From: Eledone cirrhosa
Taxonomy: Eukaryota
Assembly: GCA_964016885.1 (NCBI GenBank)
Contig: OZ024741.1
Location: forward strand, 253,394,001-253,458,000
Reading direction: 5' to 3'
DNA: 64,000 nt
Made by a program: the position numbers and the translations under genes. Numbering within the stretch: the first letter of the stretch is position 1; every line of letters starts with the position of its first letter. A model generated the notes under the pieces. It was not told the DNA's origin. It did not search any database and was given only the letters and a program-made list of their open reading frames with translations. Positions 29,481-44,315 of this stretch are shown here, piece after piece.

Positions 29481-30133
29481 TGATGAATTTGTTTTGCAAT
29501 TTTTTTATATGAAATTGTGTGTTGAAACAAATATCGTTATATTTGGGGAGGGTCATGTTGTTATAATATTGCCAGAAATACATAGTAAAACACATATATA
29601 TTAGTTTAACACTTGATATAGTCGGAAAAGGACTTATTTGTCATACATAGATCTAGATGCCCACTCAGTGCAATCTGTCTAATCCTGGGGTCTCGTATTT
29701 CTTGACAATACAGGTCTGTTTTGTTTGCCGGATGTAGTCTTTGTTACATCTATTACATTTAATAGCATACATTAAATTTTCGACAAAATTATTTTTAAGA
29801 TAAAAATTCATCCTGATTTAAATGTATACAATGTGCTTTCAATAATGTATCTTGACTATTGGTGTTGGCTTTGTAGTGGGTAATTTGGCACTGGTGGTGG
29901 TGGTGGTGGTGGTGGTGGCAGTCGTGGTGGTGGTGCTGCTGCTGTTGATGCCGCTACCACTGTCACCAGCATACATAGATGCACACATGCATACATACAC
30001 ACACAGACATTCAGGCAGGCATACATACACTCACATACACACACACATACATACACAGACAGACATACCTACATGCAGGCATACTTACATGCACACGCGC
30101 ACACATACAATCATACATACATACATACATACA

Positions 30134-30952
30134 TTCAAGTGCAGACTCTAACACCGAGGATATCACCCATGTCATCAGCAGCTGTCCAAAGATGTCATCG
30201 CGGTACTATCTACCTATGAGACATGATGTAGTGGCCAAAACACTGTACAATGCAGTTAATAAAAAAGATAGCCCCGATAATAAACACATTAAAAGCTACA
30301 ACAATGTGGAAGACATCCATGTACATAATATGAAAGAGTACTGGTAGAATGTTCCAGTAAAAACCCCAATAAAATGCAGGCATAACAAACCAGATATTAT
30401 GATATGGGACAGGGAGAAGAAAGCACGCACAGTAGTGGAAATTAGCTACCCAGCAGATGCCAATATAATATCAAAGATTAGTGAAAAGGAGAATATTTAT
30501 GCAGAACTGATGAGAAATGTGCAGATACTCCACCCTGATTACACCTTCAGATTTATGCCTGTGATTATTGGGGCACTGGGATATGTTAGTAACTCCCTCA
30601 ATACAAATATTGAGAAGCTAGGCTTCACAGGAACAGAAAGAACACAACTAGTTAGGAAATTACAAGTACAATCCATTAATTGAACAGTAAAAATATGTAA
30701 AACATTTCAGAAATGTTGCATCTAATAACTGCATATACACATGTACAGATACAAAGCATATACACATGCACACATACAACTCAAAACATACACATCCACA
30801 CATACAATAACATCCATATCTACACATGCATGCATACATACATATCTACCTAGTTGATGTTGTGTAAATTCCAATGAGAGAGTCTTGTGTCTATGTTAGA
30901 AACCGACTCTCTCTCTATTGGTAAAACTTTGTGAAATTATAAAACCAGAAGA
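30134..30952 (+). mobile_element. RLE-type (R4/Dong-like) non-LTR retrotransposon 3' fragment
   Basis: CRL..EDITHVISSC zinc knuckle, RHDVV, HNKPDIMIWD..VVEIS (PD-(D/E)xK), PVIIGALG; stops present. Confidence 0.88.
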
Positions 30953-31049
30953 ACATACATACATACACAGACAGACATACCTGCAGGCATATTTACATGC
31001 ACACGCGCACACATACATAAATACATACATACATACATACATACATACA

Positions 31050-31343
31050 TGGTGGCTGCCAACTCGTTTTCGAGTACGGCCACTACTGCTCTTCTAAAAT
31101 CCCGGAGAGCTCAATTTGCTGGCCACTGTCACCGTGCCATCAATGAAATCATATTCGCTCTCTTGCTCTGGAACCCTGACTCCAGCCTGACTAGGAGTAG
31201 GAAGCTGTCATTCCCTGACGTTATCTCTAGGGATACGGGAATCAGCAGACAGGACCTGGGGGCAGCGATGGGGAACAGGGAATTCTGGGGCATGAGAGTG
31301 AGATCCATCATCTCGACAGTAGTCGACGAGTGATGATGATGAT
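31050..31343 (+). mobile_element. RTE/RTEX-like LINE 3' fragment
   Basis: RRAQFAGHCHR..LLLWNP..FPDVISRDTG..AMGNREFW; (TGA)n tail. Confidence 0.8.
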
Positions 31344-31889
31344 ATCCATGTAGGAGCACCCCTACCGATGCGCTGAACGAGTGTGACTTTTTAGTCCAGC
31401 CAGCAACTTGAAAACTCTGGTACAAACACTACACTTGTGACAATTACTGACACATAGTGCTGGGCCCATTGTACCATGTGATGACAAGTGCAGAGAGATC
31501 TCCAGATATAAAGCAATGCCTGTGCCGTGAAGCTTTTATAGTGAGCAAAGGCACTGCACAAAGCCAGTCCCACTCTCTTAACCAAGATGATATTTACCAA
31601 AAAGAAGAACACGTCAACATCATTGGATACCATCAGGGTTGCAGGTGTTATATCAGAGTTTTCCTTCTAGAATTCTGCCTTGACAAAGGCTAAGGGGTCA
31701 TCACTCCCGGTGATTTGGGATGGCTATTGACTCTTAAGAGCTCCTTTGCCCTTTGACAGGTTTTGTTTTTAGTCCTGCAGGATGTCCAATGTCACCCTCC
31801 TCACCAAGAAACATACATACATACATACATACATACATACATACATACATACATACATACATACATACATACATACATACATACAAATA

Positions 31890-32520
31890 TACTTGTTAGC
31901 CACATTTTTGCCAACTGTGAAAGAATGTCATCTCATTACTATCTCTCCCTGAGACATGATGTGATAGCTAGAACCATCTGGAACGCATTAAGGAAAACAA
32001 AATTAAAAACAAATGAGGAGGAATATGCTAAGATAGATCTCACTAAGGAATACTGGTGGAAACTGAAAATAAAAACTACAAGCAAATTAAAGCACAACAG
32101 GCCTGATATTGTTGTTTGGGACCACACATAGAAAATGTTCTCTTTTGTAGAGATCAGCTGCCCACTTGATGTCAATGTTGTAAGAAAAATACAGAAGCAG
32201 GACATCTATGGGCCATTGATGAGGAGTTTGCAGATCAGTATCCAAGATACACCTTTAGCTTCATACCCATCATTATTGAAGCTACAGGTTATATACCAAC
32301 CCGCTCGGACCAAAATAAAACTGAACTTGGATTTGTGGACAAAGAGCGCAGCACCCTAATGCATAGACTACAAATGGTTGTGATATTTGGCACCTTCAAA
32401 ATTTGCAAAACATTCTTGCGATTCAAGGGATGACAATTTCTTTCCTTTTACAACCTTGCCACCAGGAAGGTGGCCGGTCAAAAATGTACGCAAAATGAAG
32501 AGAAAGAGAATAAATATGCA
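31890..32520 (+). mobile_element. Second RLE-type non-LTR 3' fragment (different family)
   Basis: HIFANC..LRHDVIA..EYWW..KHNRPDIVVWD..FVEISCP; follows (CATA)n. Confidence 0.85.
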
Positions 32521-32860
32521 CTTACATACATACGTATCTGTATTATATGATATTTATTCATATTCATAGTAAACATTATTACATGAGATATAACATTTAT
32601 TACATGCTTGATAATCACTGGATTATTTATATATCTTTTTCATAGCTATAATGTGATAAATATCAAGATATCACTTTAAATTATATGTAATATCACATTC
32701 ATAGCAGGAATGAATATGTGATAAACTATTTTACTTCATATCGTATGTCGCTTTTATAAAAATAAAAAGATGTATATAACAAACTCACACACACACACAT
32801 ATGTATGTGTGTGTATATATGTATATGTATGTATGTATATATATATTATATATATATGTA

Positions 32861-32949
<89 letters not shown>

Positions 32950-32951
<2 letters not shown>

Positions 32952-34614
32952 CGAAGGAATTGCGGTAAGGAACCAGATGGACCATAACGCACCGAAGTAC
33001 TCAATACTTAGGGTAGTAGAGTGGGTAATAGGAACAAGTATGACCCCGACGGCAGAGCTCAAGCCGTTTCGACGGCTATTTCTGGACTAAATAAGAATTT
33101 TTAGCCTGGTAAATAAATAGCCGAACTTCTCAGGGGGTATTTTCTTATATGGCAAGATAGTAATTGTCAAGAGGATTGGTCAACAATTTGTTGTAAAGAC
33201 AGATAAATCTATCATGGCATTTGGTGGGAGGTAGGGGTGGCTGAACTTGCCGGTAGAACAAAGAGGGAGTGGGGGACACCCAGTCAGGCGTTGAAAGTGA
33301 AATCTATACAGCAGATTCTAAGGATAGTGTATAAAAGGTTGAAAAAAATGTACTGGAGAAGAGGAGGGGGGGGGGTGAAAGAATAGGTAAATTGAAAGGG
33401 AGTAAAAAAACCCATTATAAAAATAAGGAAATAAATATATAAAAACAACTCCTAAACAAGGAAGACGAACTGGTAACCGCATGCAAACACAGATTGCGTA
33501 AGACTTACCTCGCCCTCAAACCCCATAATGACCCGGGGGGGGGGGTAGATAAGGGGTGATTTTGTAAGGGGAAACCCCTGCTTAAAAAGGTAGACGTAAC
33601 TTTTTTTTATCTTTTCCTCTATGTTTCCTTCTTCCTCCCTTCTCTTCCTAGTCCTTCCACCCCAGATCTCCTTCCTCGTCTTTTTTTCACCTTTCGCCTA
33701 CCCCGATGCAGCCCATCGGTCCTCTGAAGCCTTAGTACCCCCCCCCCCCCCTAATTTTAAGATAGAATTGGCCGATTACGCTTTTTATAGATGTGTTAGA
33801 CCCCAGTAAATTTTTTTCTTTCTGGTTGCTGCTCCATTTCTATGGTTTCTAAATTTCTTAGTGGTATTTTTGTATTAGTATTTTTGTATTAGTATTTTGT
33901 ATTAGTATTTTTGTATTAGTATTTTGTATTAGTATTTTTGTATTAGTATTTTGTATTAGTATTTTTGTTCTCTACTTATTAACCTGTCATTGTAAGATAG
34001 CATTGGCTGATTACTAACTATCTATAGCAGCGGTGTTAGACGCCCTGTAAAGCCAGTTTTATAAAATTAGTTCACTAAAATCTCGTATTTAGTATTTTTC
34101 CCATTCTCCACCTATTAAACTTTTCTATAGCTTAGCAATACCAATGAGAAATTCGGTGATTGTAGAAATGGAGTAGTAACCAGAAATTGTTTTTATATAT
34201 TTATTTCCTTATATTTATCATGTTTTCTTTTTACTCCCTTTCGATTTACCTATTCTTTCACCCCCACCCACCTCCCTCTCCGCTTCTCCAGTACATTTTT
34301 TCAACCTTTTATACACTATCCTTAGAATCTGCTGTATAGATTTCACTTTCAACGCCTGACTGGGTGTCCCCCACTCCCTCTTTGTTCTACCGGCAAGTTC
34401 AGCCACCCCTACCTCCCACCAAATGCCATGATAGATTTATCTGTCTTTACAACAAATTTTTGACCAATCCTCTTGACAATTACTATCTTCCCATATAAGA
34501 AAATACCCCCTGAGAAGTTCGGCTATTTATTTACCAGGCTAAAAATTCTTATTTAGTCCAGAAATAGCCGTCGAAACGGCTTGAGCTCTGCCGTCGGGGT
34601 CATACTTGTTCCTA
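32950..34614 (+). mobile_element. Penelope-like element (family C) with inverted pseudo-LTRs
   Basis: Inverted arms about 33027-33449 and 34186-34614; GIY-YIG tail QLLNKEDELVTACKHRLRKTY from 33446; HHR in each arm; (TA)n flanks. Confidence 0.8.
34505..34600 (+). ncRNA. Type I HHR with variant core CTGAGAA (mirror copy 33043-33138, minus)
   Basis: ACCCC-CTGAGAA-gttCGGCTATTT...AAATAGCCGtc-GAAACGGC ttgagctct GCCGTC-GGGGT. Confidence 0.7.
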
Positions 34615-34937
34615 TATATATATATATATAATCATCATTATCATTTAACATTCACTTTCCTTGCAAGGAAGCATTGTATGGGTCATCACAGACAAAATCA
34701 GTACTTAGTGCAACTGACCTCTTAGACAGATCCAACATCTCATTTACATATGTTCCCATACTCTCCAGGGTGCATTATGTACATTTTATCATGGCACCAG
34801 CACTAGGGATGTTGTCTTGTCTTTAATACAGCTGAAGACTCCTCCTGACTCTGCGATTCTTCGCTTGGCAAGTTTTCTATAGCTGGATGCCTTTGCTATC
34901 AGCAACCACTTCACAGTGTGTACTGGTGCATTATTGT

Positions 34938-35130
34938 GAAAGGTGGTCGATTAGCAGTATCGGTAGAGCATCAAACACCATGCTTTGCAGCATAGAGTTA
35001 TGGTCCTTTACGTTCTGAGTTCAAATCCCGCTGAGATTAGCTTTGCCTTTCATCCTTATGGGGTCAATAAAATAAAGCACCAGTAATGTACTGGAGTCAT
35101 TTCTGGACTTGTGCCTAAAGTAGAAACAAT
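34938..35130 (+). mobile_element. SINE family 2
   Basis: A-box-like start, GAGTTCAAATCCCG, ctttgcctttcatcct. Confidence 0.8.
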
Positions 35131-36016
35131 TGTTGTGTAGGTCATCAATCAACACTAGAGAAATGTTCAAGTTCCCAGCACAACTAAAAAGTCCTCTTGC
35201 CTCTCTTTTGACATAGTTTCTATCCTTCCTATAACCAACGATCATACAAGGTCTACTGGGTGCATTTTTCATGGCAGCAGGACTAGAGAGGTTCTCATGT
35301 CATGATTGAAGCTTCCTCTAAATCTTCTTTGGTGTGGTGCCTATGGCTAGAGATCCTTCAATTTCTTTAAAGAGTGTACTGGTATGTTTATGATATGTGT
35401 ATATATTTATATACGTTGGTGCAGTCTCCATTATACATTCTGTATTTATACAGATATAACTTTATCATACACTTTGCACTTCTTAATATATATCTTAATT
35501 ACCAACACAAACACTAATTTTATGCAAATTAGTACATCCATTTCAGAATAATGCTAAGAATGAATAGGTATATATACCCATAAAATACACGTTTCCTTGT
35601 GGTTGAGTGGATGATATAATGCTTGATGAAGGTCCAATTAGATCCGAAAATTGATTAAAGGTGTTTTTCATTTTTTTCAATTTAGAGGGAATTTCCTATT
35701 TTCTGGCATATTAAAATATCAAATAATTGTATATATTTATACACAGGGGTGTAGTCTTGGTTATACACTCTGTTTTTATACCGATATAACTTTATCATAT
35801 ATATATATGGTATGGACCTGTAACTCCTGAGGAGTCATAGGGACACTGCATTGATATACAGCGTTTCTAGGGCATTTTCTAGACCTGTCAGAGCCCATCT
35901 CCTCTACAGATCTGAATACAGTAGATGTCTTCCAGAGAAGGATAGAGAGAGTGAGAGAAAGGAAGAGAGAAAGAGATATAGAGGAAGAATCGACTCCAGT
36001 ACTCGACTATATATAT

Positions 36017-36466
36017 AAACTAGACCTGAAAAATGTGCAAGCTCAAAAGAGCCACAGAATGTTATAATAAACCTTCAAAAGTATGGGACTAGAGTTGTTG
36101 CTCAAAAATATTGTAATCATTATCTATCGTACACTCTGTGGCATCCTTTTATAAAAGAGAGACTCATAACGAACTCAATACGACACGATAATTATTTAAG
36201 CTAATGTTCAATATCTCATATTAGATGTTTAGTAATGATTAATACGAAATGCACTTAAACCGAATTCTATATTATAAATTCACTTAAATAATTATCGTGT
36301 CGTCTTGAGTTCGTTATGAGTATCTTTTTTATAAAAGGATGCCACAGAGTGTACGATAGATAATGATTACAATATTTTTGAGCAACAACTCTAGTCCCAC
36401 ACTTTTGAAGGTTTATTATAACATTCTGTGGCTCTTTTGAGCTTGCGCATTTTTCAGGTCTAGTTT
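36017..36466. repeat. Near-perfect inverted repeat, arms about 183 bp, spacer about 80 bp
   Basis: aaactagacctgaaaaatg...aattatttaag mirrored at cttaaataatt...caggtctagttt. Confidence 0.92.
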
Positions 36467-37509
36467 AATATTTTTTAAGGCAACACTTGTAATAACTCTA
36501 GTTAAACATGATATATATTAATAATAAATGATCATTGTAATGTAATTAGATTATAAAATTGTTATTTTATAAATGATCTTATAAATATTATTGTAAGATG
36601 TATAAAAATATTTTCAGACTTTTAATATAAACAACTACAAAAAACAATCAATATTAAATAAATATATTTTACATAATAATTGTTATAGTTGAATTAATAG
36701 AATTAAATATTACATACAAATAGTCTAACATAATAATAAAAAAATAATCTAACATAATAATAATAAAATAATCTAACATAAAACGAACAATAATATGGAC
36801 AAATATACCAGTAAATATGATACAACTAATATTATAAGCATGTTATAGCGAACTAAAAAAAAAATAGTTAATATAAATTTAAAAAATCATATATAAATTA
36901 ACTTACCAAAACGAGAAAAATATTTTGATGATAAACGACGAAATACAGGAGGAAGATTTGAAAGCGAAACGATAAACAAACGTGCAGACAAAATGGCGGA
37001 TGCTTTTGCGCAACAATTACTCTCGTTGGTTGATTAACCGATAAGACGTGAAATTAGCCAATAAGACGATACATTACAAAACATGTTTAGCAGCGATCAT
37101 CACCACGGCCAGCGACAAACCTTGAATTTTTTTATTCATAAGCTACGCATATATGTCAGACACGCAGACTTAAAACATTCTGTTGTTAGTCACTGCGTGT
37201 CTAACAGATATATATATATATATATAATGTTTAATATAGAAATGGCTTCTACAGGAAGTGTAGTGTGTGTGTGTGTGGTCATGCTGGTGGCACAATGAAA
37301 AAATATCCAGCCCAAGTGATCAGTTGGTTGTTTTGGTGTCACAATAAAAAGCACCCAGTCCATGTTACAAATATGGTTTACAAACGTATTAGAAATGGAA
37401 CCAAGTCAGAATGGGCTGGATGCTTTTTTATTGTGGGAAGTCAAATTTTGGGCCCTGATAACATGGCCAAAATACTGAAGTTACCTTTTCCTTACTGTTT
37501 CAACTAACT

Positions 37510-37720
37510 GTCAATTGGCACCAATCTCTTCCAGGACAGATTCATTTGTTCTGTGAGCTGTCCAGCTAATTCTATGTGCACACCTTTCAAATGAACTCAG
37601 TCGTTTCAAGTCAGATGCCTTTAAAGTCCATGACTTACAGTCATATAGAGCCACCGGCCACACTAATGATTTGATTACTTTCTTTTTGGTGGACTTTGTA
37701 AGAGCTCTATGCTTGCAAAG
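37510..37720 (-). mobile_element. RTE-like LINE fragment
   Basis: KSLVWPVALYDCKSWTLKASDLKRLSSFE..RISWTAHRTNESVL. Confidence 0.8.
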
Positions 37721-38090
37721 GCTGCTGAGTGTATGAACCACAGAGCTCAAATGTTCTGAGAGATAAAACTGGATGTAAGAAAAATCAGATTTTGTGTACA
37801 AGAGAGAAGACTGAAATGATATGAACATGCAATGTGTATGGAAAATGACAGTTAGGTTAAGAAGTGCCAAGAGAAACAAAAAGGAGGGATTCTGCAGAAG
37901 AAAAAGAAGTCTGATGAAAATATGAGAAGAAGTGATGAAAGATGATCTCAAGATGACGAACCTCAGAAAGGAGATGATGCGTGTCCATGACAAGTGACTT
38001 GATGGTGTGCTGAAGAAGACCTATAGAATCCGTGCCACCATGGAAAAATGGATGTAAAATGATGACGAATATATATATATGTATTTCATC

Positions 38091-38127
<37 letters not shown>

Positions 38128-38187
38128 TATGTTATATATATGTATATATATATATATATACATATATGTTATATATATATATATATG

Positions 38188-38252
<65 letters not shown>

Positions 38253-38286
38253 ATATATATGTATATATATATATACATATATGCTA

Positions 38287-38327
<41 letters not shown>

Positions 38328-38364
38328 GTTATATATATGTATATATATATATATACATATATGC

Positions 38365-38425
<61 letters not shown>

Positions 38426-38583
38426 CATATATGTATATATATATAAATATAACATATATGTATGTATATATATATAACATATATGTATATATATATATAT
38501 ATATAACATATATGTATATATATATATATATATATACATATATATAACATATATAAATATATATATATATATAACATATATAT

Positions 38584-38620
<37 letters not shown>

Positions 38621-38678
38621 CATATATGCATGCTATATATATATATATATTTATATATATATGCTATAAATAAATATA

Positions 38679-38753
<75 letters not shown>

Positions 38754-39009
38754 AAGTATAATCTCATGATATATCATTGTGCTATGGTCATGCAATATAG
38801 TATTTATAAGCCAGCTGCCAATGGTAACCTAATTTATACCACTAGATGATATCTTCTTTCATGATCAGCTCTGTGTATGTTACCACTTTAGTTTGGACAT
38901 GCGATATATAGATATATATATTTTTTTTTCTCGTACCGCTCTGAAATATTAATTCCAGACATGACATGCACCAATAAATAACATATACACATATCTATCT
39001 ATCTAACTA

Positions 39010-39089
<80 letters not shown>

Positions 39090-39167
39090 TACACGACTGT
39101 ATGTAAAATCCCCGGCATGTCTTTGTATTGTCCCCTTTCTTGTTGCGCCCTTGTGGCTAATAAAGAA

Positions 39168-39207
<40 letters not shown>

Positions 39208-39341
39208 CTTGATTGATATATATATATATATATATATATGAAAAAGTATGACCCCGACGGCAGAGCTCAAGTCGTTTCGACGGCTATTACTGGATTTTGG
39301 TGCGTTATGGTCCATCTGGTTCCTTACACACTATTCCTTTG

Positions 39342-39448
<107 letters not shown>

Positions 39449-39493
39449 CATATATATATACATACATATATATATACATATATATATACATAC

Positions 39494-39572
<79 letters not shown>

Positions 39573-39612
39573 CATATATATCGTTTCTGAATTTGTTTAT
39601 ATATATATATGC

Positions 39613-39676
<64 letters not shown>

Positions 39677-39904
39677 ATATATATATGCATCTGTGTGCAT
39701 GTTTATATATGATTGGGTCTGTGAGTGTACGTATGAACGCATAAATTCAATTACACACACACACATACACACACACACACACACATTATTGGCAACATGA
39801 CCCTCCCAAAGTATAACAATATACATATATATATATACATATATATATATATACACATATACATATATATACATATATATATACACATCTATATATACAC
39901 ACAC

Positions 39905-39939
<35 letters not shown>

Positions 39940-39977
39940 AATATATATGTGTGTCTGTGTGTGTATATATATATATT

Positions 39978-40012
<35 letters not shown>

Positions 40013-40105
40013 TTCTGTATAAAGATATATATGTCTGTGTGCATGTTTATATATGATTGGGTCTGTGAGTGTGTGTATGAACGCATAAATTCAATTACAT
40101 ACATT

Positions 40106-40156
<51 letters not shown>

Positions 40157-40339
40157 GTGAAGTAAGACATGGTGTGTGTTAGAAAATAAATAAAGATGCT
40201 GATATGACAAGAAAGTTTTTTTTTTCTCCCAATATTTTAATTTAACTGCTAGCTTCTCCACTTCCATCTGCACAAACTTTACTGCATATAATGTACATAA
40301 ATATTTAAACATTGCTTCATATATTTTCTCTTCCTCACA

Positions 40340-40373
40340 CTACTGCAGCTTCTCTTGTTGTTGATGCTGTTAT

Positions 40374-40418
<45 letters not shown>

Positions 40419-42720
40419 CTTTGATGTCGTTATTGTATTATTTGTTGTGGTTGTTGTTAGAATTGTTATTTGTGTTGTTACTGATTTTTTGATTATTATT
40501 TTTTGTCAGTGCAGTTGTTTGTGGTGGTTGTGTTGGTAGTGATGGTGATGGTGGTGGTGATGGTGATGGTGGTGGTGGTGGTCGTCGTGGTCGTGGTCGT
40601 GGTGGATGTGGTGGTGCTGGTGGTGTAGTGCTGGTGGTGGTGCTGGTGTCGGTAGTGGTGGTGGTGGTAGTGGTGGTGGTGGTGGGTGCTGGTGTTGGTA
40701 GTGGTGGTGGTGGTAGTGGAGGTGGTGGTGTTGGTAGTGGTGGTGGTGGTCGTCGTCGTCGTCGTGGTCGTGGTCGTGGTCGAGGTGGTGGTGCTGGTGG
40801 TGGTAGTGGTGGTGGTGGTGGTGCTGGTGTTCGTAGTGGTGGTGGTGGTAGTGGAGGTGGTGGTGTTGGTAGTGGTGGTGGTGGTGGTGGTGGTAGTGGA
40901 GGTGGTGGTGTTGGTAGTGGTGGTGGTGGTGGTCGTCGTCGTCGTGGTCGTGGTCGTGGTCGAGGTGGTGGTGCTGGTGGTGGTAGTGGTGGTGGTGGTG
41001 GTGCTGGTGTTCGTAGTGGTGGTGGTGGTAGTGGAGGTGGTGGTGTTGGTAGTGGTGGTGGTGGTGGTGGTGGTGGAGGTGGTGGTGTTGGTGGTGGTGG
41101 TGGTAGTGGTGGTGGTGCTGGTGCTGGTGTTGGTAGTGGAGGTGGTGGTAGTGGTGGTGGAGGTGGTGGTGCTGGTGGTGGTGGTGGTGTTGGTAGTCGT
41201 GGTGGTGGTAGTGGTGGTGGAGGTGGTGGTGCTGTTGGTGGTTGTGTTTGTAGTGGTGGTTGGTGGAGGTGGTGTTGTTGTTGGTGGTGGTGGTAGTGGC
41301 GGTGTTGGTAGTGGTAGTGGCGGTGTTGGTAGTGGTTGGTGGTGGTGGTGCTGGTAGTGGTGGTGATGATGCTGTTGGTGGTAGTGGTGGTAGTGGTGGT
41401 GTCTGTGGTGGTAGTGGTGGTGGTGGTGTTGGTGGTTGTGTTTGTAGTGGTGGTTGGTGGTGGTAGTGGTGGTGGTGGTGCTGTTGGTGGTGGTGGTGGT
41501 GGTGTCTGTATTGGTTGTGGTGGTAGTGGTGGTGGTGGTGTTGGTGGTTGTTTGTAGTGGTGATTGGTGGTGGTGGTGCTGGTAGTGGTGGTGGTGGTGT
41601 TGTTGGTGGTTGTGTTTGTAGTGGTGGTTGGTGGTGGTGGTGGTGGTGGTGGTACTGTTAGTGTCTGTGTTGGTTGAGGTGGTAGTGGTGGTGGTGGTGG
41701 TGTTGGTAGTGGTAGTAGTGGTGGTGTTGGTGCTGCTGTTGCTGTTGGTTGTGTTGGTAGTGGTGGAAGTGGTGTTGGTACTGGTAGTGGTAGTAGTGGT
41801 GGTGGTGGCGATGGTAAGGATGCTGGGGTTATCATTTAAGCCATTGTCTTCATTGCTGCTGTTGCTGTTACTACTGATAATGGTGGTGGTAATGGTGGTG
41901 GCGGGTTTTTTTTTTGGGGGGGGGGGGTGATAATGGTGGAGTTGGTGGTGGTGGTGGTGGTGGTGGTGGAATGGTGGTGGTATGGGGTGAAGGTTGGTGT
42001 TGGTGCTGTTGGTGGTGGTGGTGGTGGAATGGTGGTGGTATGGGATGGTGGTGGTGGTGGTGGTGGTGATGGAGTGGTGGTGGTATGGGGTGAAGGTTGG
42101 TGGTGGTGGAGTGGTGGTGGTATGGGATGATGGTGGTGGTGGTGGTATTGGTGAGTGATGGAGTGGTGGTGGTGGTATGGGGTGAAGGTTGGTGCTGGTG
42201 ATGATGATCATAATGGTGGAGTTGGTGGTGTTGGTGGTGGTTGTGGTGGTGGAGTGGTGGTGGTATGGGATGATGGTGTTGGTGGTGGTGGTGGTGGTGG
42301 TGGTGGTGGAGAGGTGGTGGTGGTGGAGAGGTGGTCGTATGGAATGATGGTGGTGGTGGTGGTGGTGAGTGGTGGAGTGGTGGTGGTATGGGGTGAAGGT
42401 TGGTGTTGGTTGTGGTGGTGGTGGTATGGGATGATGGTGGTGGTGGTGGTGGTGGTTGTGGTTGTGGAGTGGTGGTGGTATGGGATGATGGTGGTGGTGG
42501 TGGTGGTGGTGGTGGTGAGTGGTGGAGTGATGGTGGTATGGGGTGAAGGTTGGTGTTGGTGGTGATGATGATATAGGTGGAGTTGGTGGTGGTGGTGGTG
42601 GTGGTGGTGGTGGAGTGGTGGTAGGATGGGAGCAGGGTTGGTGTTGGTGGGGATGGTGATAATGGTGGAGTGGGTGGTGTTGGTGGTGGTGTTATGGGGT
42701 GAGGGTTGGTGGGGATGGTG
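40340..42720. repeat. (GTT)/(GGT)n low-complexity array with internal duplications of about 180 bp
   Basis: Degenerate trinucleotides; cgtcgtggtcgtggtcgagg block repeated near 40760 and 40940. Confidence 0.95.
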
Positions 42721-43130
42721 ATAATGGTGTTGTCATTTAAGTCAGTGCCACTGTTGTTCTTGTTGTTGTTATTGTCTTTCCAGAATTTTGGATTTTCTTT
42801 AATAACTCAAATTCAGAGCGTGTTTGAGGATGTCATGAATAAATATCTACCTACTTATATATACACACACATGCATGTAAACACCCCTATACACACGTAC
42901 ATATATATATTATATATATATATATATGAGTGTGTGTGTGTCTCCGTATGTTTCTATATATATATGTATGTATGTTTGTATACATATGTATGTAGGTTTG
43001 TATACATATATATATATGTATATATGTTTGTATATTTATGTATATATATGTATGTATGTATGTTTGTATGCTTGTGTCAGTATGTATGTATGTTTGTTTG
43101 TATATATGTATGTATGTAAATGTATATATG

Positions 43131-43171
<41 letters not shown>

Positions 43172-43304
43172 TCATACATGTGTGTTTATGTAAATATTTG
43201 TATAATATAATGTGTGAGCATGCATCTGTGTATATATATATATATATACACAAAATTATAGGATCTTAAAAAAGATATTGCTTGTATGTGTATATATGTG
43301 TTTA

Positions 43305-43480
43305 CATCAGTAATGTACTGGGTAATTGCTGGCCTTGTGCCAAAAGTAGAAACAATTATTAAATGTATAGGTTAACTTTGCCTTTCATCCTTACGGGGTC
43401 GATAAAATAAAGTACCAGTAATGTACTGGGTAATTGCTGGCCTTGTGCCTAAAGTAGAAACAATTATTAAATGTATAAGT
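43305..43480 (+). mobile_element. Tandem 3' fragments of SINE family 2
   Basis: cagtaatgtactgggtaattgctggccttgtgcc occurs twice. Confidence 0.7.
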
Positions 43481-43581
43481 AAAATTGACCTCAGTCTATT
43501 CATAAAATCAATCTCTATATGCATTAATAACTAAAATTACATGTATATCTATATATATAAATATATATATGTATATGTATA

Positions 43582-43612
<31 letters not shown>

Positions 43613-43749
43613 GTATATATAGGTGTATATATGTGAGTGTGCATGTGAGCACTTAGATGTATGTCTTTGTGTGTGAATGTGTGTGTACATAAATAAGCGA
43701 ATAATTTCTTACTGAACAATAATATTTTGATATATACAGAGAGATTATA

Positions 43750-43868
<119 letters not shown>

Positions 43869-43904
43869 TATATTTGTATATATATATATATATGAATATA
43901 TATG

Positions 43905-43956
<52 letters not shown>

Positions 43957-44116
43957 ATATATATAATATATAAACATACATATATAATATATATATACAC
44001 ATGCATTTATATATATATATATATGTATGTATATATATATATATATACATATATGTATATATAAATGCATGTGTATATATATAAATATATATATATATAT
44101 TATATATGTATGTTTA

Positions 44117-44175
<59 letters not shown>

Positions 44176-44262
44176 ATACATATATATATATATATAATAT
44201 GCACATACATACATATATATATATATATAATATGCACATATATATATATATATATAATATGC

Positions 44263-44315
<53 letters not shown>

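Noticed and set aside
33526-33562. SECIS-like ATGA...TGAT after the GIY-YIG tail
   Set aside because: Stem and AA loop do not fit SECIS geometry
40438-42565. Long poly-Pro/Thr/Gly/Val ORFs resembling mucin or extensin
   Set aside because: Open in several frames on both strands because (GGT)n lacks stops; no splice or domain evidence
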